From the human T2T-CHM13v2.0 reference genome, Homo sapiens, in assembly GCF_009914755.1 (NCBI RefSeq), contig NC_060947.1: 64,000 nt of DNA; one strand, given 5' to 3'. The first letter of the stretch is position 1. Each line of letters begins with the position of its first letter. This document shows, piece by piece, positions 1 through 12,802 of this stretch. The position numbers were made by a program, and so were the translations under genes. The notes beneath the pieces are model-generated. The model searched no databases, was not told the DNA's origin, and saw nothing but the letters and a program-made list of their open reading frames with translations.

Positions 1-655
1 AATTGTAGGTTCAGGGGGTATATGTGCAGATTTGTTACGTGGGTATATTGTGCAATGCTGAGGTTTGGGCTTTTATTGAGCCCATCACCCAAATAGTGAA
101 CATAGTACCCTATAGGTAGTTTTTCAAGCCTTGCCTGCCTGTCTGACTTTTCCTTTTGGAGTCCCCAGTGTCCGTTTTCCCCATCTTTGTGTCTGTGTGT
201 CTCAATGTTTAGCTCCCACTTATAAGTGAGAATATGCAATATCTGGTTTTCTATTACTACATTAATTCACTTAGAATAATGGCTTCCACTTGCATCACTC
301 TTGCTGCAAAGGATATGATTTTCATTCTTTTGTATGGTTGCATAGATTTTCTTTATACAACCTACTATTGATGGGCACCTGAGCTGGTTCTACATCTTTG
401 CTATTATAATTAGTGTGATAAACATATGAGTACATGTGTCTTTTTGGTAGAAAAACTTATTTTCCTTTGGATATATACCTAGTATTGGGATTTTGGAGTC
501 AAATGTTAATTCTATTTTCAGGTTTTTGAGAATTCTCCAAAGTGCTTTCTATGGGGGCTGAACTCATATACATTTCCACCAGTAGTCTATAAGTGTTCCC
601 TTTTCCCTAAAGTCTCACCAGCATCTGTTACTTTTTGACTTTTTAATAATAGGCA
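1..655 (-). mobile_element. L1 3' end (L1PA16/L1PB4-like), cut by window start
   Basis: Reverse-complement L1 3'UTR motifs: ttcagggggtatatgtgcagatttgttac, gctcccacttataagtgagaatatgc, ttccaccagtagtctataagtgttccc. Confidence 0.85.
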
Positions 656-684
656 ATGATAATTTTTTTTAACGAAAATCAGGA

Positions 685-1151
685 TTCACTTTCTAGGATT
701 TCTGTAACAAAATACCACAAACTGGGTGTCTTAAAACAACAGACATTTATTATCTCACAACGTGAATGCTGGAAGTCTGAAATCAACATGTTGACAGGGT
801 CACACTCCCTCTCAAACCTGTGGGGGAACCCTTCTTTGCCCCTTTCTAGCTTCTGGTGTTTTGCCAGTAATTATTGGTATTTTTGGCTTGCAGCTACATA
901 ACTCCAATCTCTGCCTTCATTGTCACATGTCATGCTTCCTATGTGCCTCTGTGTTCTCATATGGCAATCTTTTTATGAGGATACCAGTCATAATAAAATA
1001 GGGTCCCACTCTACTCCAGTATGACCTTATCTTAAGGATTACATCTGCAATGACCCTCTTTTCAAATAAGATCACATTCTGAGATACTGGAGGTTAGGAC
1101 TTTAATTTTTTTTTTTTTTTTTAGGGAGAGGGCATAATTTGACCCAAAACA
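685..1151 (-). mobile_element. MaLR solo LTR, MLT1C/D-like
   Basis: ctgtaacaaaataccacaaactgggtgtcttaaaacaacagacattt ... gattacatctgcaatgaccct ... ttctgagatactggaggttaggact. Confidence 0.8.
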
Positions 1152-1179
1152 CCCACACATCTTAAATATCTCATTAGCA

Positions 1180-1370
1180 TTATTAAGTGTCAGGCCTTGT
1201 GTTTGTTATTTTATATAAATTATGAAAATCATTTAATCCTAACATGAAATATTATTTCCATTTTACAGAGGAGAGAATGGAGGCTCGATAAGGTTAACCC
1301 ACTTGTTCAAGGCCATTTGGCTAATAAGTAGTGAGTCTGGGTATGTTTGGCTCCAAGACAACACACTGTC
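1180..1370 (-). mobile_element. MIR SINE fragment
   Basis: MIR core ccattttacagaggagagaatggaggctc...aggttaacccacttgttcaagg. Confidence 0.7.
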
Positions 1371-2434
1371 TTTCAGGAATCTGAAGACTTAATGATTTTT
1401 ATTTTTTTCTAATTTCCTCCCTCTATGAGAAAATATATGAAAATCAAACTTTTTTCAGTGTGCATGTAAAAATTTTTCTTCATTAGTGTAACACTGCTGG
1501 AAAATATGCTGTACTGCACAATAGGTAATTAAAAATAATAATGGCACTCATATTTGTATAGGACTTCTCACTTTTTCAAAGATTTCCACATATATTTTTG
1601 AAATTAATCTGACAATAAACTTACAGTTCACTAATAGTTTGAAACAAATAGTAGAAAGTGGATTAATCCACCAAGCAAAATAAAACAATTTGTTGATGAT
1701 ATCAGTGCAGAATATCTCTTTCTAGTATAATTTCTGACTAAACAGAAAAGTTATTTTATTTTAGGAATGAATTATGGTTCTTGTTTCTAGTGAATTATTC
1801 CATTTCAAAATATCTTTTCTACTGGGCACATTGTTAAATGGCTAGTGACTGTGCATTTTAAAACTCAAAACAGTCTGGGGGTGAGTTCGGGGCCACATTA
1901 CTTAAACACTTAATGACTGACTTTGAGAGATCTATAAATTCTGGGGGGAAAATGCTTTTAGTATTTACTATAACAAATGAAGAAGGAGATGTTGGCCCAT
2001 GGAGGAAGACAAAAATCAGTACTGAGAATAATCCCGGACAGATATGTGTAACAAGCCCTTTGGCTACTGTATAAAATTGCAAATCCCACTCATTTTTCTC
2101 CATCAAATATGCTAGGGAAACTACTAGACCAAGGCAATCAGACTAAGGCTCATAGCAAAATGTGCTAACATTTAATAGTTTCATAGCAATTTGGCCCCTA
2201 GACAAATTGCTACGTGTCCTATGCCCTTTACCTGAAATAAACCATCTCCTTTCTTTGGTAGGTACCCAGTACTTTCATACTGTCTCCTAGCATACTTCCA
2301 GACCTGTTTCACCTAAAAGATGTTCTGGGTATGTCCTTTCTCTCTATTATAAAAACCCTCTGTGGAACTTTCATATTGCAAATGATTGGATAGAATAGAG
2401 GTAACTGATATGTTATCTCACTTAGGAAGACTGT

Positions 2435-2900
2435 TGTGTGAATTAAGAATGTACTATGCTGCAAATAACAGATAACATTATTATAAAGCCATAAACATAT
2501 AAGTTTGGGAGCAGGCAGCCTAGTTGTTACTACTGTAGCTCAATGATGCCATCAAAGATTTAGATTCCTTTCAACATCCTCTTTTTCCATTCTTGCAATA
2601 TAGACTTTTGCTCTCATGCTTGTTGCTTCATGATTGTAAGATAACTATTGAGCTTCTGGGCTTTAAAACTGAGGTTCTGGAAGGAAAAAGAGGTGAGTAG
2701 GAAGGGACGAAATGGTGAAGGAGTTTCTTCTAGAAAGATCTCACCTTTTAGATCAGAAAGAAATACACTGCCCAGAGACTTTCTCGTATGTCTCATTGGT
2801 CAGAACTGTGTCTCATGGCTACTCCTAATTATTTAACAGCACTAAACAAAAATTAGGAAATAAAGTTATTTTTAGCTGGCGCATTACTGTGATTAATGAA
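2435..2900. mobile_element. Old MaLR LTR (MLT1J/K/L-like)
   Basis: gctcaatgatgccatcaaaga, ctctcatgcttgttgcttcatgattgtaagat, tctcattggtcagaactgtgtctcatggc. Confidence 0.55.
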
Positions 2901-4624
2901 AACAGGCTTCCGTTAGTAAGAAAAAAAGGGGATATAAAACTAGCAATGTCTACCCCAATAGGTATTTTGATAGAACATGAAAACAAATGGGAGGTAGGAA
3001 GGAAGAAGGAAGGAAAGGAAAGAGAAAAGATAAGAAAGAAGATTAATGATGGCATTCTGGGCATAAATGAAGGGATCATGGGGAGATATTTTGGAGAATA
3101 AGGGGCCTTTACTGAGACCTCTTAAATTATCTAGGCAGACAGAAGCCTACTTGATCAATATAAGGGATATTGGTTGGTGAATGCCTACTTTGTGCCAATT
3201 ACTGTATGTACTTTATTTCCTTTAATTTTCACAGCAACCCTACCAGACAGGAGCATAGAGTCTAACTACAGTATCATGTAAGAAGTGCTAAAAATAAGAC
3301 ACACTGTGACATGGGAACTCAGAGGAACAATGCATGTAATGGAAATATGAACCATGTACAAATTTAGATGGCATGTATTCGTTTTCAAAATTATTTTATT
3401 GGTGGTATTAGAGAAATGGTATGGTAGAAAGAGCAACTGACACAATTATATTTTTACTATAGCTCAGAAAGAAAAATATGTTTAACTTTATTGTAGGCCT
3501 GTATGCTACTGTTGTGTGTGAAAGTTTATGTCATGTCTACCTCTTGCAGGCAAATATATCCCTACTTTTCCAACAGTGTCTTAAACGTACACCAGTGGAT
3601 AATCTGTCTTGGGAAGATTGCTCATTCTAGAATACCTGTCAACAGCAATCTCAGAACAACTAAATTTCTTTCTCGAAATGTTTTATAATTTATTTATTTT
3701 ACTATAGCTTTTTGTTTGTTTGGCTGGTTGGTTGAATGTTTGCAGGGTGGTCATCTGCTATTGGTTGCCTCTCACAAGAAAGGACTATTTTTGCAAAGAC
3801 TGCAAGAGAATGTTTTGTGTGCCTTTCTGAACAACTTGAAGCAGATTGAGAAGTTCCATAATGTATTCGAAAATCTGCTTTTTTAAATGCCACCAGGTGT
3901 TCAGTGCCGCACACAACAACTACCATTGTTAATACCAAAAAAGAATGAATATATGAACATTCTTTTAATATGGCCTTAAAAAAAAGAGACTTCTCCAGGT
4001 CTCAGAAAATATTTGCTCTAGTATTGGCTGATTGATTGGTTTTCATCAGAGAAAGCAGCCTTTCACTAATACCTAACAGCTAACAAAATGCAAATTATCC
4101 AACTTAAATGCTAAAAATATATACAAGTCTGATATTATAGACAGAATATCTAGCAAAGTTGATTCATCTTAAAAGTATGTTTTCCTCTGTACACCAGACA
4201 TCTCAGTTTTAGGTCTATTTTTGTTATAGTTGGCTTTTAAAAAATGAGTTTGTAATTCAATTTACGAGAGATTGTTTCCTTAACAACGGAAGCTACCACA
4301 GCTGCAAAGGTCACTTTAAAGTATAATTAATGATTTTGAGATATCTAAATCAATTATTTGATTAGTTATACCTGCTTGTACATCTCTTAAGTAGAGGTGA
4401 AGTGTATTTACTTTCTCATTTTTGTTTTTTTCATATTTTTCAAGTGAATGAGACTCAGAGTAGAAGTTAGAGAAACAGGGAATGAGGAAGAAAAACTAAA
4501 GGCATCTCAGAGTTAAGTGGCAAATTTAGTTCACTACTAAATAGAAAAAAAGATGAGAATGAGGTGTTTTAGGTAATATTAAGATGAAAGTTCTAACTTT
4601 GTACAAAGCCTCAGGCAGTCTTTT

Positions 4625-5267
4625 TGAAGCGGCCTCGTTGCTTGGGGTGACACCTGAGGTTTGTTGTTTCATAGCCATGGAGATTAAGGACCCAGACACA
4701 CAAAGAGTGAGATTAAGAGCAGAGGTTTAATAGGTGAAAGAAAGAGAATAGGTTTCTGCTACAGAGAGGGGTCCCAGAAAAATGGGTTGCCGATCCACGG
4801 TGAAATGCAGGGCGTTTTATGGATGAGCTGGTAGGGAGGCAGTTTCTGATTTACATAGGGCACAAAAAAACTGGTTAGAATCAGGTGTGCCATTTTGCAT
4901 AGGACATGAATCTCTGGCAGCCCCCACCCCAGTTTTTTTTTTTTTATGCAGGCGGATTTCCAGCCTGAGCTGGTCCACGTGCATTTTTTTTTTCTGTACA
5001 CGTGCTAACAAAAAAGGGAAAATGTAGCTTCCATAGTGAACATCCTGGCCCCCAGGTAGCCCTTTCCTATTGGTACAGCTGTTAGCATTCCCCTGTGCAA
5101 GCTTCCAGCTTCCTTATTTATGTATGCAGCCCGATTTTTCAGGCTGCTCTTTGTTAGAACAATAAATGATATCCACCGCTGCTGCTTTTTGTTAGAAGGG
5201 AAGTTCTGCGGAGAACTCTTTTGCCCTCACCATTTACCTAAATAATTTCTTTCTGTCTCCTGTATCA
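4625..5267 (-). mobile_element. ERV1 solo LTR, LTR9 family
   Basis: Minus strand starts tgatacaggagacagaaagaaattatttagg...agaacttcccttctaacaaaaagcagc, as recalled for LTR9. TG...CA termini; flanks tttt/gttt. Confidence 0.75.
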
Positions 5268-6219
5268 GTTTCAAGCTTGGTTATTATTCGTATATTCTGT
5301 TCAATCTGCAAATGGTTTCTACATTGTTACTGGTGTCTTCTCAGGGTATTTTGACTTTTCAGCAATGGAAATGGTATGAGCGCTTTTCATCCAGAAAATA
5401 TATATGTTTAAAGTAGTTAATACATATCTGGTTCACTTTCGTTTTCTGGACCAATCTGGTGTGCACAGTTGAGAGAATTGCTACAAGCCATTATTTTCTA
5501 TGGATTTATTTAGGACTATAAATGCCTGAGAGCGTGGACCCCATAATCTGTATGTTTTAAACCACATATACTGTGACACCAGAAGCCTCATCCTCTCTAG
5601 TGTTTAGGCAACATATATATGCAATCTTATTGCACTGGGGAAAACAGGCTTCTTCGTAATTCAGTCACTGAGCCCAGCTCTGGCTCTAATTTTAATCAGC
5701 TCCTGAGCTGATTCTTCCCGCAGCCATGACTACACATCATCACTTTACTCTGGCAGCTATTATTAAGTCTCTAAGAGGTACAATATTAGGACATACAGGC
5801 GAGTTTTAAATATTGTCTTATTTTCAGTGAAAATTTTTTTTAGAATTTCAACTTTTATTTTAGATTCATCAGCTGCAAATAAAGACCCTGCACAAAGCCT
5901 TGGCCCACTGAAAATATCTAGAAGTCTATTGACTGTACTAAATCTACACTGCAGTTAAAGGAGCACAAAGACATAGAGCTGAGAAAGAATAATGCAAGAG
6001 CTCTGGTAACTGAAGTGGCCAGTGTGTCTTATGTCCTCCAAATGACCACACTAGCTCTCCAACAAGCGTTCTTAGCCAGGCTGAGTTGGCTGAAATAACA
6101 GAAATAGAATTCAGAATATGAATTGGAATGAAGATCATCGAGATTCAGGAGAATGGCAAAATTCAATCCAAGGAACTTACTAATCATAAGTTGATGCAGG
6201 AGCTGACAGATGAAATGTT

Positions 6220-6302
6220 TATATATATATACACACACACACATATATACACATATATATGTATATATATACACACACACACATATATATATACACACAT
6301 AC
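6220..6302. repeat. Compound (TA)n/(CA)n microsatellite within L1 ORF1
   Basis: Alternating TA and CA runs seen directly. Confidence 0.9.
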
Positions 6303-7363
6303 ATTAATGGATTTCTCAGCTGAAAAACACACTGCAAGAATTTTACAATACAATTGCAAGTATTAATGGCACAAGAGACCAAGCTGAGGAAAGAATCTCA
6401 GAAATTGAAGGCTAGCTTTCTGAAATAAGACAGACAAAAATGAAGTAAAGAGAATGAATAAAATGAACAAAACCTCTGAGAAATATGGGGTTATGTAAAG
6501 AGGCCAAATCCATGAATTGTTGACATCCCCGAAAAGAACCAAGAGAGAGCAAACAACTTGGAAAACACACTTCACGATATCATCCACGAAAACTTCCCCA
6601 GCATTGCTACAGAGGCCAACAGTTATATTCAGTAAATACAGAGGATGCTACAAGATTCTACACAAGAATATCATTCACAAGACACATAAACATCAGATTT
6701 TCCAAGGTTGAAATGAAGGAAACAATGTTAAATACAGCCAGAGAGAAAGAGCAAGTCACCATTAGGCTAACAGTGGACCTTTCAGGAGAAACCCTATAAG
6801 CCAGAAGAGATTGCTTCCTTATATTCAACATTCTTAAATAAAAAATCTTCAACCAAGAGTTTTAAATTAAGCTGAACTTAGCTTCCTAAGCAAAAGAGAA
6901 ATAAGATGCTTTTCAGTAAACAAATGTTGAGGGAATGTATTAACACCAGTCATGCTTTACAAGAGATCTTGAAAGGAGTACTAACTATAAGAAGGAAAGC
7001 CCATTACCAGTTAATAGAAAAACAGGCTTAAATACACAGACCAGTGACATTATAAAGCAACCACACAAACAATCCAGCATAATAACCAGCTAACAACATG
7101 ATGACAGAATCAAGTCCACACATATCAATACTATCCTCGAATGTTAATATACTAAATGCCCCACTTAAAAGGCACAAAGTGGCAATCTAAATAAAAAAAG
7201 ACACAATGGTATGCTATCTTCAAGAGACCCATCTCATATGTAATGATACCCATTTGCTGAAAATAAACGGATGATGGAAAATTTACCAAGCAGATGGAAA
7301 TCAGAAAACAGCAGGGGTTGCAATTCTAATTTCAGACAAAATAGACCTTAAGCCAACAAAGAT

Positions 7364-7372
7364 AAAAAAAAA

Positions 7373-7403
<31 letters not shown>

Positions 7404-7438
7404 CAAAGAAAGAAAGAAAGAAAAAAGAAAGAAAGAAA
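7364..7438. repeat. Poly-A plus (AAAG)n/(AAAC) microsatellite
   Basis: Seen directly; expanded from an L1 A-rich tract. Confidence 0.9.
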
Positions 7439-9407
7439 GGAAATATATAATGGTAAAAGGTTCAATTAAAAAAAAAAAGAACTCACTACCTTAAATATAT
7501 ATTTACCCAACACAGGAGCATCCAGATTCAGAAAGCAAGTTCATAGAGACCTACAGAGAGACTTAGACTCCCACGCAATAATAGTGGGAGATTTCAACAC
7601 TCCACTGACAATACTAGACAGATTGTTGAGGCAGATAATTAACAAAGATATTCAGGACCTGAATTCAACATTGGACCAAATGGATCTTACAGACCTCTAC
7701 AGAAATCTCCACCAAAAAGTAACAGAATACACATTCTTCTCATGGCCACATGGCACATGCTCTAAAATCAACCACATAATAGAATATATAGCAATCCTGA
7801 ATGAATACAAAATAACCAAAATCATATCAATCTCACTCTCACACCACAGCACAATAAAATAGAAATAAAGACTTAAAAATGCTCAAAACCATGCAATTAC
7901 ATGAAAATTAAACAACATGCTTTTTAATGGCTTCTGGGTAGATAATGAAATTAAAGCAGAAATCAAGAAGTTATTGTAAACTAACGAGAACAAAGATACA
8001 ACATACCAGGATCTCTAGAGCATAGCTAAGACTGTGTTAAGATGGAAACTTATAACATTAAATACCAATATCAAAAAGTTAGAAAGGTCTCAAATAAACA
8101 GTCTAGCACCAAAACCAAACTAATTAGAAAAGCAAGAACAAACCAACCTCAAAGCTAGCAGAAAACAAGAAATAACCAAAATCAGAGCTAAACTGAAAAA
8201 AAAAATTGAGACACATTAAAAAAAAAAAAGCATTTCAAACATCCACAAATCCAGGAGTTGGGTTTTTTTTTTCCAAAAATAGGCTGCTAGCTAAACTAAT
8301 AAAGAGGAAAAGAGAGAATATTCAAATAAACACAACTAGAAGTGATAAAGGGGATGTTACTACTGACACCAAATAAATAAAAATAACCATCAGAAACTAC
8401 TATGAAAATCTCCATGCATACAAACTAAAAAACCTAGAAGAAATAGACAAATTTCTGGACAAATACATTCTCCAAAGACTGAAACAGAAAGAAAATGATT
8501 CCTCTGAACAGACAAATAATGAGCTTCAATATTGAATCAGTAATAAATAGCCTACCGACAACAAAAAAGCACAGGACCAGATGTATTCACAAATGAATTT
8601 TACCAGATGTACAAAGCATAGCTGGTACCATTTCTACTGAAATTATTTCAAAAGTTTGAGGAAAAGAGATACCTCCCCAACTCATTATATGACACCAGCG
8701 TCACCCTGATACAAAAACCTGGCAAAAACAAAATGAAAAAAATAATTCAGGCCAATATCTTTGATGAACATTGATGCAAAATTCTTTAATAAAATACTGA
8801 CAAGCCAAATCCAGCAGCACAAGTGGGACTGATTCCCAGGATGCAAGTTTGGTCCAACATATGCAAATCAATAAGTATGATCATCACATAAACAGAAATA
8901 AAGACAAAAAATCACATAATTATCTTCATGGATGCAGAAAAGTATATTTATAAAATTTAAACCCATAGTCTTGGTCAAAAAGCTCCTTTAGCTGATAAAC
9001 AACTTCAGCAAAGTTTCAGAAGACAAAATTGATGTGCAAAACTCAATAGTATTAACCCCCAAAACAATAAAACACCTATTAATACAGTTAACTAGGGAGG
9101 TGAAATATCTCTACAATTACAAAATACTGCTCAGAGAAATCAGAGTTGACATAAGTAAATAGAAAAACATTCAATACTCATGGATAAGAAGAATCAATAT
9201 AATTAAGATGGTTATACTGTCCAAAGCAATTTGCAGGTTCAGTGCTATTCATATCACACCACCAATGACATTTTGCACAGAACTAGAAAAGAACTATGTT
9301 AAAATTCTTATAAAACCAAAAAATAACTCAAATAGCCAAGGTAATTCTAAGCAAAAAGAACAAAGCTGGAGACATTATGTTTCTTAACTTAAAACTACAC
9401 TACAGGG

Positions 9408-12400
9408 GGAGGGTCTAAGATGTCTGACTAGAAGCAGCTGCCATCATCAGCTCCCACAAAGAATGAAAATAGCAAGTGAATCCTGCATGTTCAGCTGAGG
9501 TATCGAGGTTCTTTCATTGAAACTGACTAGGCAGTAGGTCCAACCCACAGAGAGCAAGAAAAAGCAGAGTGGAGCAACAGCCCACCAGGGAGCCACATGG
9601 GGCAAGAGGAGCTCTCACCTGCAGCCAAGGGAGGTGGTGAGTAATTGTGTGACCCCGGCCAAGTAACCATGCTTTTTCCATGGATCTGTGTAACCTGCAG
9701 ATAAAGAAATCTCCTCGTGAGCCCACAACACCAGGGCCTTGGGTATCAAGCACAGAGCTTTGCAGATGCAGCCAGTGTCAGCAAGCTGAATAGTGCTTAA
9801 GACTGCTGAGTTTCCAGGGGTAGGTGCAGCTGCCATCACTGTGGGTTCAGTTGGCTGCTTTCCCCTGCTGGTGCCAAAGAGACTGGGTGGTTTGGATTGG
9901 GAAGAGTTCCCCACAGCACAGGACAGTGACTGTGGCAGATCCTTGCCAGACTGCTTCCTTAGGTGGGACCCAGATCTATTCCTTTTTACTGGTTGGGCCT
10001 CCCTGTGGGAATTTCAGCAACTCCAGCCAGGGTTTTACAGGCAGAATTCTGATCTCTCAGGGACAAAGCCCCTGTGAGGAGGGGCAGCTGTGGTCTTCAT
10101 GTTTCAGCAGACCTAGTCTTCCCTGCATGCTGGCTCTGAAGATTCCAGGCATTCTGGACAAAGGGGCCTCCCCACAGTGCAGTATGGCTGCTCCACTGAG
10201 AGACAGCCAGAGTGATTTATTAAGCAGGTCCCTGAACCCATGCCTCTTGACTGGGTGAGAACTCTCAACAGGGGTTTCCAGACACCTAATACAGGAGCAT
10301 TCTAGGTGGTATCAAGTCGGTGCCCCTCTGGAACAGAGCTCCCAGAGGAAGGAGCAGACAGCCACCTTTGCTGTTCTGCAGCAATCACTGGTGACACCTC
10401 CAGGTAAAGGAGGGACTGAGGCAAATAAGGTCTGCAGTGGTCCCCCAGCAAACTGCAGCAGCCCAATTGAAGAGGGGCCTGACTGTTCAAAGAAAAACAA
10501 ACAAAAAGAAAGAAACAACATCAACAACAAAAGACCCCACAAAAATCCCATCCAAAGGTCAGCAGCCTCAAAGATTGAAGGTAGATAAGCTCAAGAAGAT
10601 GAAAAAGAATCAACACAAAATGCTGATAACTCATAAAGCCAGAGTGCCTCTTCTCTTGCAAATTATTGCAAAACCTCTCCAGCAAGGGCACAGAACAGGG
10701 CTGAGGCTGAGATGGATGAACTGACAGAATTAAGCTTCAGAAGGTGGATAATAACAAACTTCACTGAGCTAAAGGAATATGTTCTAACCCAATCCCAAGA
10801 AGCTAAGAACTATGATAAAACATTACAGGAGCTGTTAACCAGAATAACCAGTTTAGAGAGGAACTTAAATGACCTGATGAAGCTGAAAAATACAAGAATG
10901 TCACAATTAAACCACAGGTATTAATAGTCAAATAAACCAAGCAGAGAAAAGAATCTCAGGGCTTGAAGACTATCTTGCTGAAATAAGTCAGGCAGACCAT
11001 ATTAGAAAAAAAAGAATAAAAAGAAACAAACAAACCCTCTGAAAACTATGGGATTATATGAAAAGGCAGAACCTACGACTGATTGGAGTACCTGAAAGAG
11101 ATGGGGAGACTGGAACCAAGTTGGAAAACACACTTCAGGGTATCTTCCAGGAGAACTTCAACAACCTAGCAAGACAGGCCAACATTCAAATTCAGAAAAC
11201 GCAGAAAACTCCAGTAAGATATTCCAAGACAAGATGAACCCCAAGACACATAATTATCAGATCCTCCAATGTAATTAAGGAAAATGAAATAAATTAATAA
11301 AAATGAAATTAAGGAAAAAATGTTAAGGGCAGCCAGAGAGAAAGGGCAGGTCACCTACAAAGGGAAGCCAATCAGACTAACAGCAGATCTCTTAGCAGAA
11401 ACCCTACAAGCCAGAAAAGAGTGGAGGCCAATATTTAACATTCCTAAAGAAAAGAATTTCCAACCCAGAATTTCATATTCAGCCAAACTAAGCTTCATTA
11501 AGTGAAGGAGAAATAAAATCCATTTCAGACAAGCAAATGCTGAGGGAATGCATCATTACAAGGCTTGCCTTCCAAGAGCTCCTGAAGGAAGCACTAAATA
11601 TGGAAAGGAAAAAATAGTACCAGTCACTGCAAAAACACACTGAAGTACAAAGACCAATGACATTATGAAAAAACTGCATCAACTAGTGTGCAAAATAACC
11701 AGCTACCATCATTAAAACAGGACCAAATTCACACCTAACAATATTAACCTTAAATGTAAATGTGTTAAATGCCCCAATTAAGACATAGGCTGGCAAATTT
11801 GATAGAGTCAAGATACATTGGTGTGCTGTATTCAAGAGATGCATCTGACATGCAACGACACAAGTAGGCTTAAAATAAAGGGATGGAGGAAAATTTACCA
11901 AGCAAATGGAAAGCAGAAAAAAGCAGGAGTTGCAATCTTAGTTTCTGACAAAACAGACTTTAAACCAACAAAGATCAAAAAAGACAAAGAAAGGCATTAC
12001 ATAATCGTAAAGAGTTCAATTTAACAAGAAGAGCTAACTATCCTAAATATATATACACCCAATGCAGGAGCACCCAGTTTCATAAAACGAGTTCTTAGAG
12101 ACTTATGAAGAGACTTAGACTCCCACACAATTATAGTGTGAGACTTTGACACCTGATGTCAATATTAGACAGATCATCGAGATAGAAATTTAACAAGGAT
12201 ATTCAGGACTTGAACTCAGATCTGGATCAAGTGGGCCTGATAAATATCTACAAAACTCTCTGCCCCAAAACAACAAAATATACATTCTTCTTGGTGCCAC
12301 ATAGCACTTACTCTAAAATTGATCACATAATTAAAAGTCAACCACTTAGCAAATACAGAAGAACTGAAATAACAGTATCTCAGATCACAGTACAATCAAA

Positions 12401-12751
12401 TTAGAATTCAACATTAAGAAACTCAAAACTATAAAACTGCATAGAAATTGAACAACCTGCTACCGAATGACTCCTATGTAAATAATGAAATTAAGAAAGA
12501 AATCAAGAAGTTCTTTGAAAGTAATGAGAAAAAAGAGACAACGTACCAGAATCTCTGGGACACAGCTAAAGTAGTGTTAAAAGGAAAATTTATAGCAATA
12601 AACGCCAACATCAAAAAAGTACAAAGATCTCAAATCAACACCAATAACATCACAACTAAAGGAAATAGAAAACCAAGAGCAAAAGACGCCCCCAAAGCCC
12701 CAAAGATGGCAGAAGAAATAATCAAGATCAGAGTGGAACTGAAAGAGAAAG

Positions 12752-12802
<51 letters not shown>

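Larger units (their letters stand above)
5869..9407 (+). mobile_element. L1PA15/16/L1PREC2-like element, 5' part (late 5'UTR, ORF1, ORF2), decayed
   Basis: ORF1 and endonuclease remnants (ORF 7584-7862 GDFNTPL...DIQDLNSTLDQMDLTDLYR). Internal deletion near 8960. Interrupted at 9407. Confidence 0.85.
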
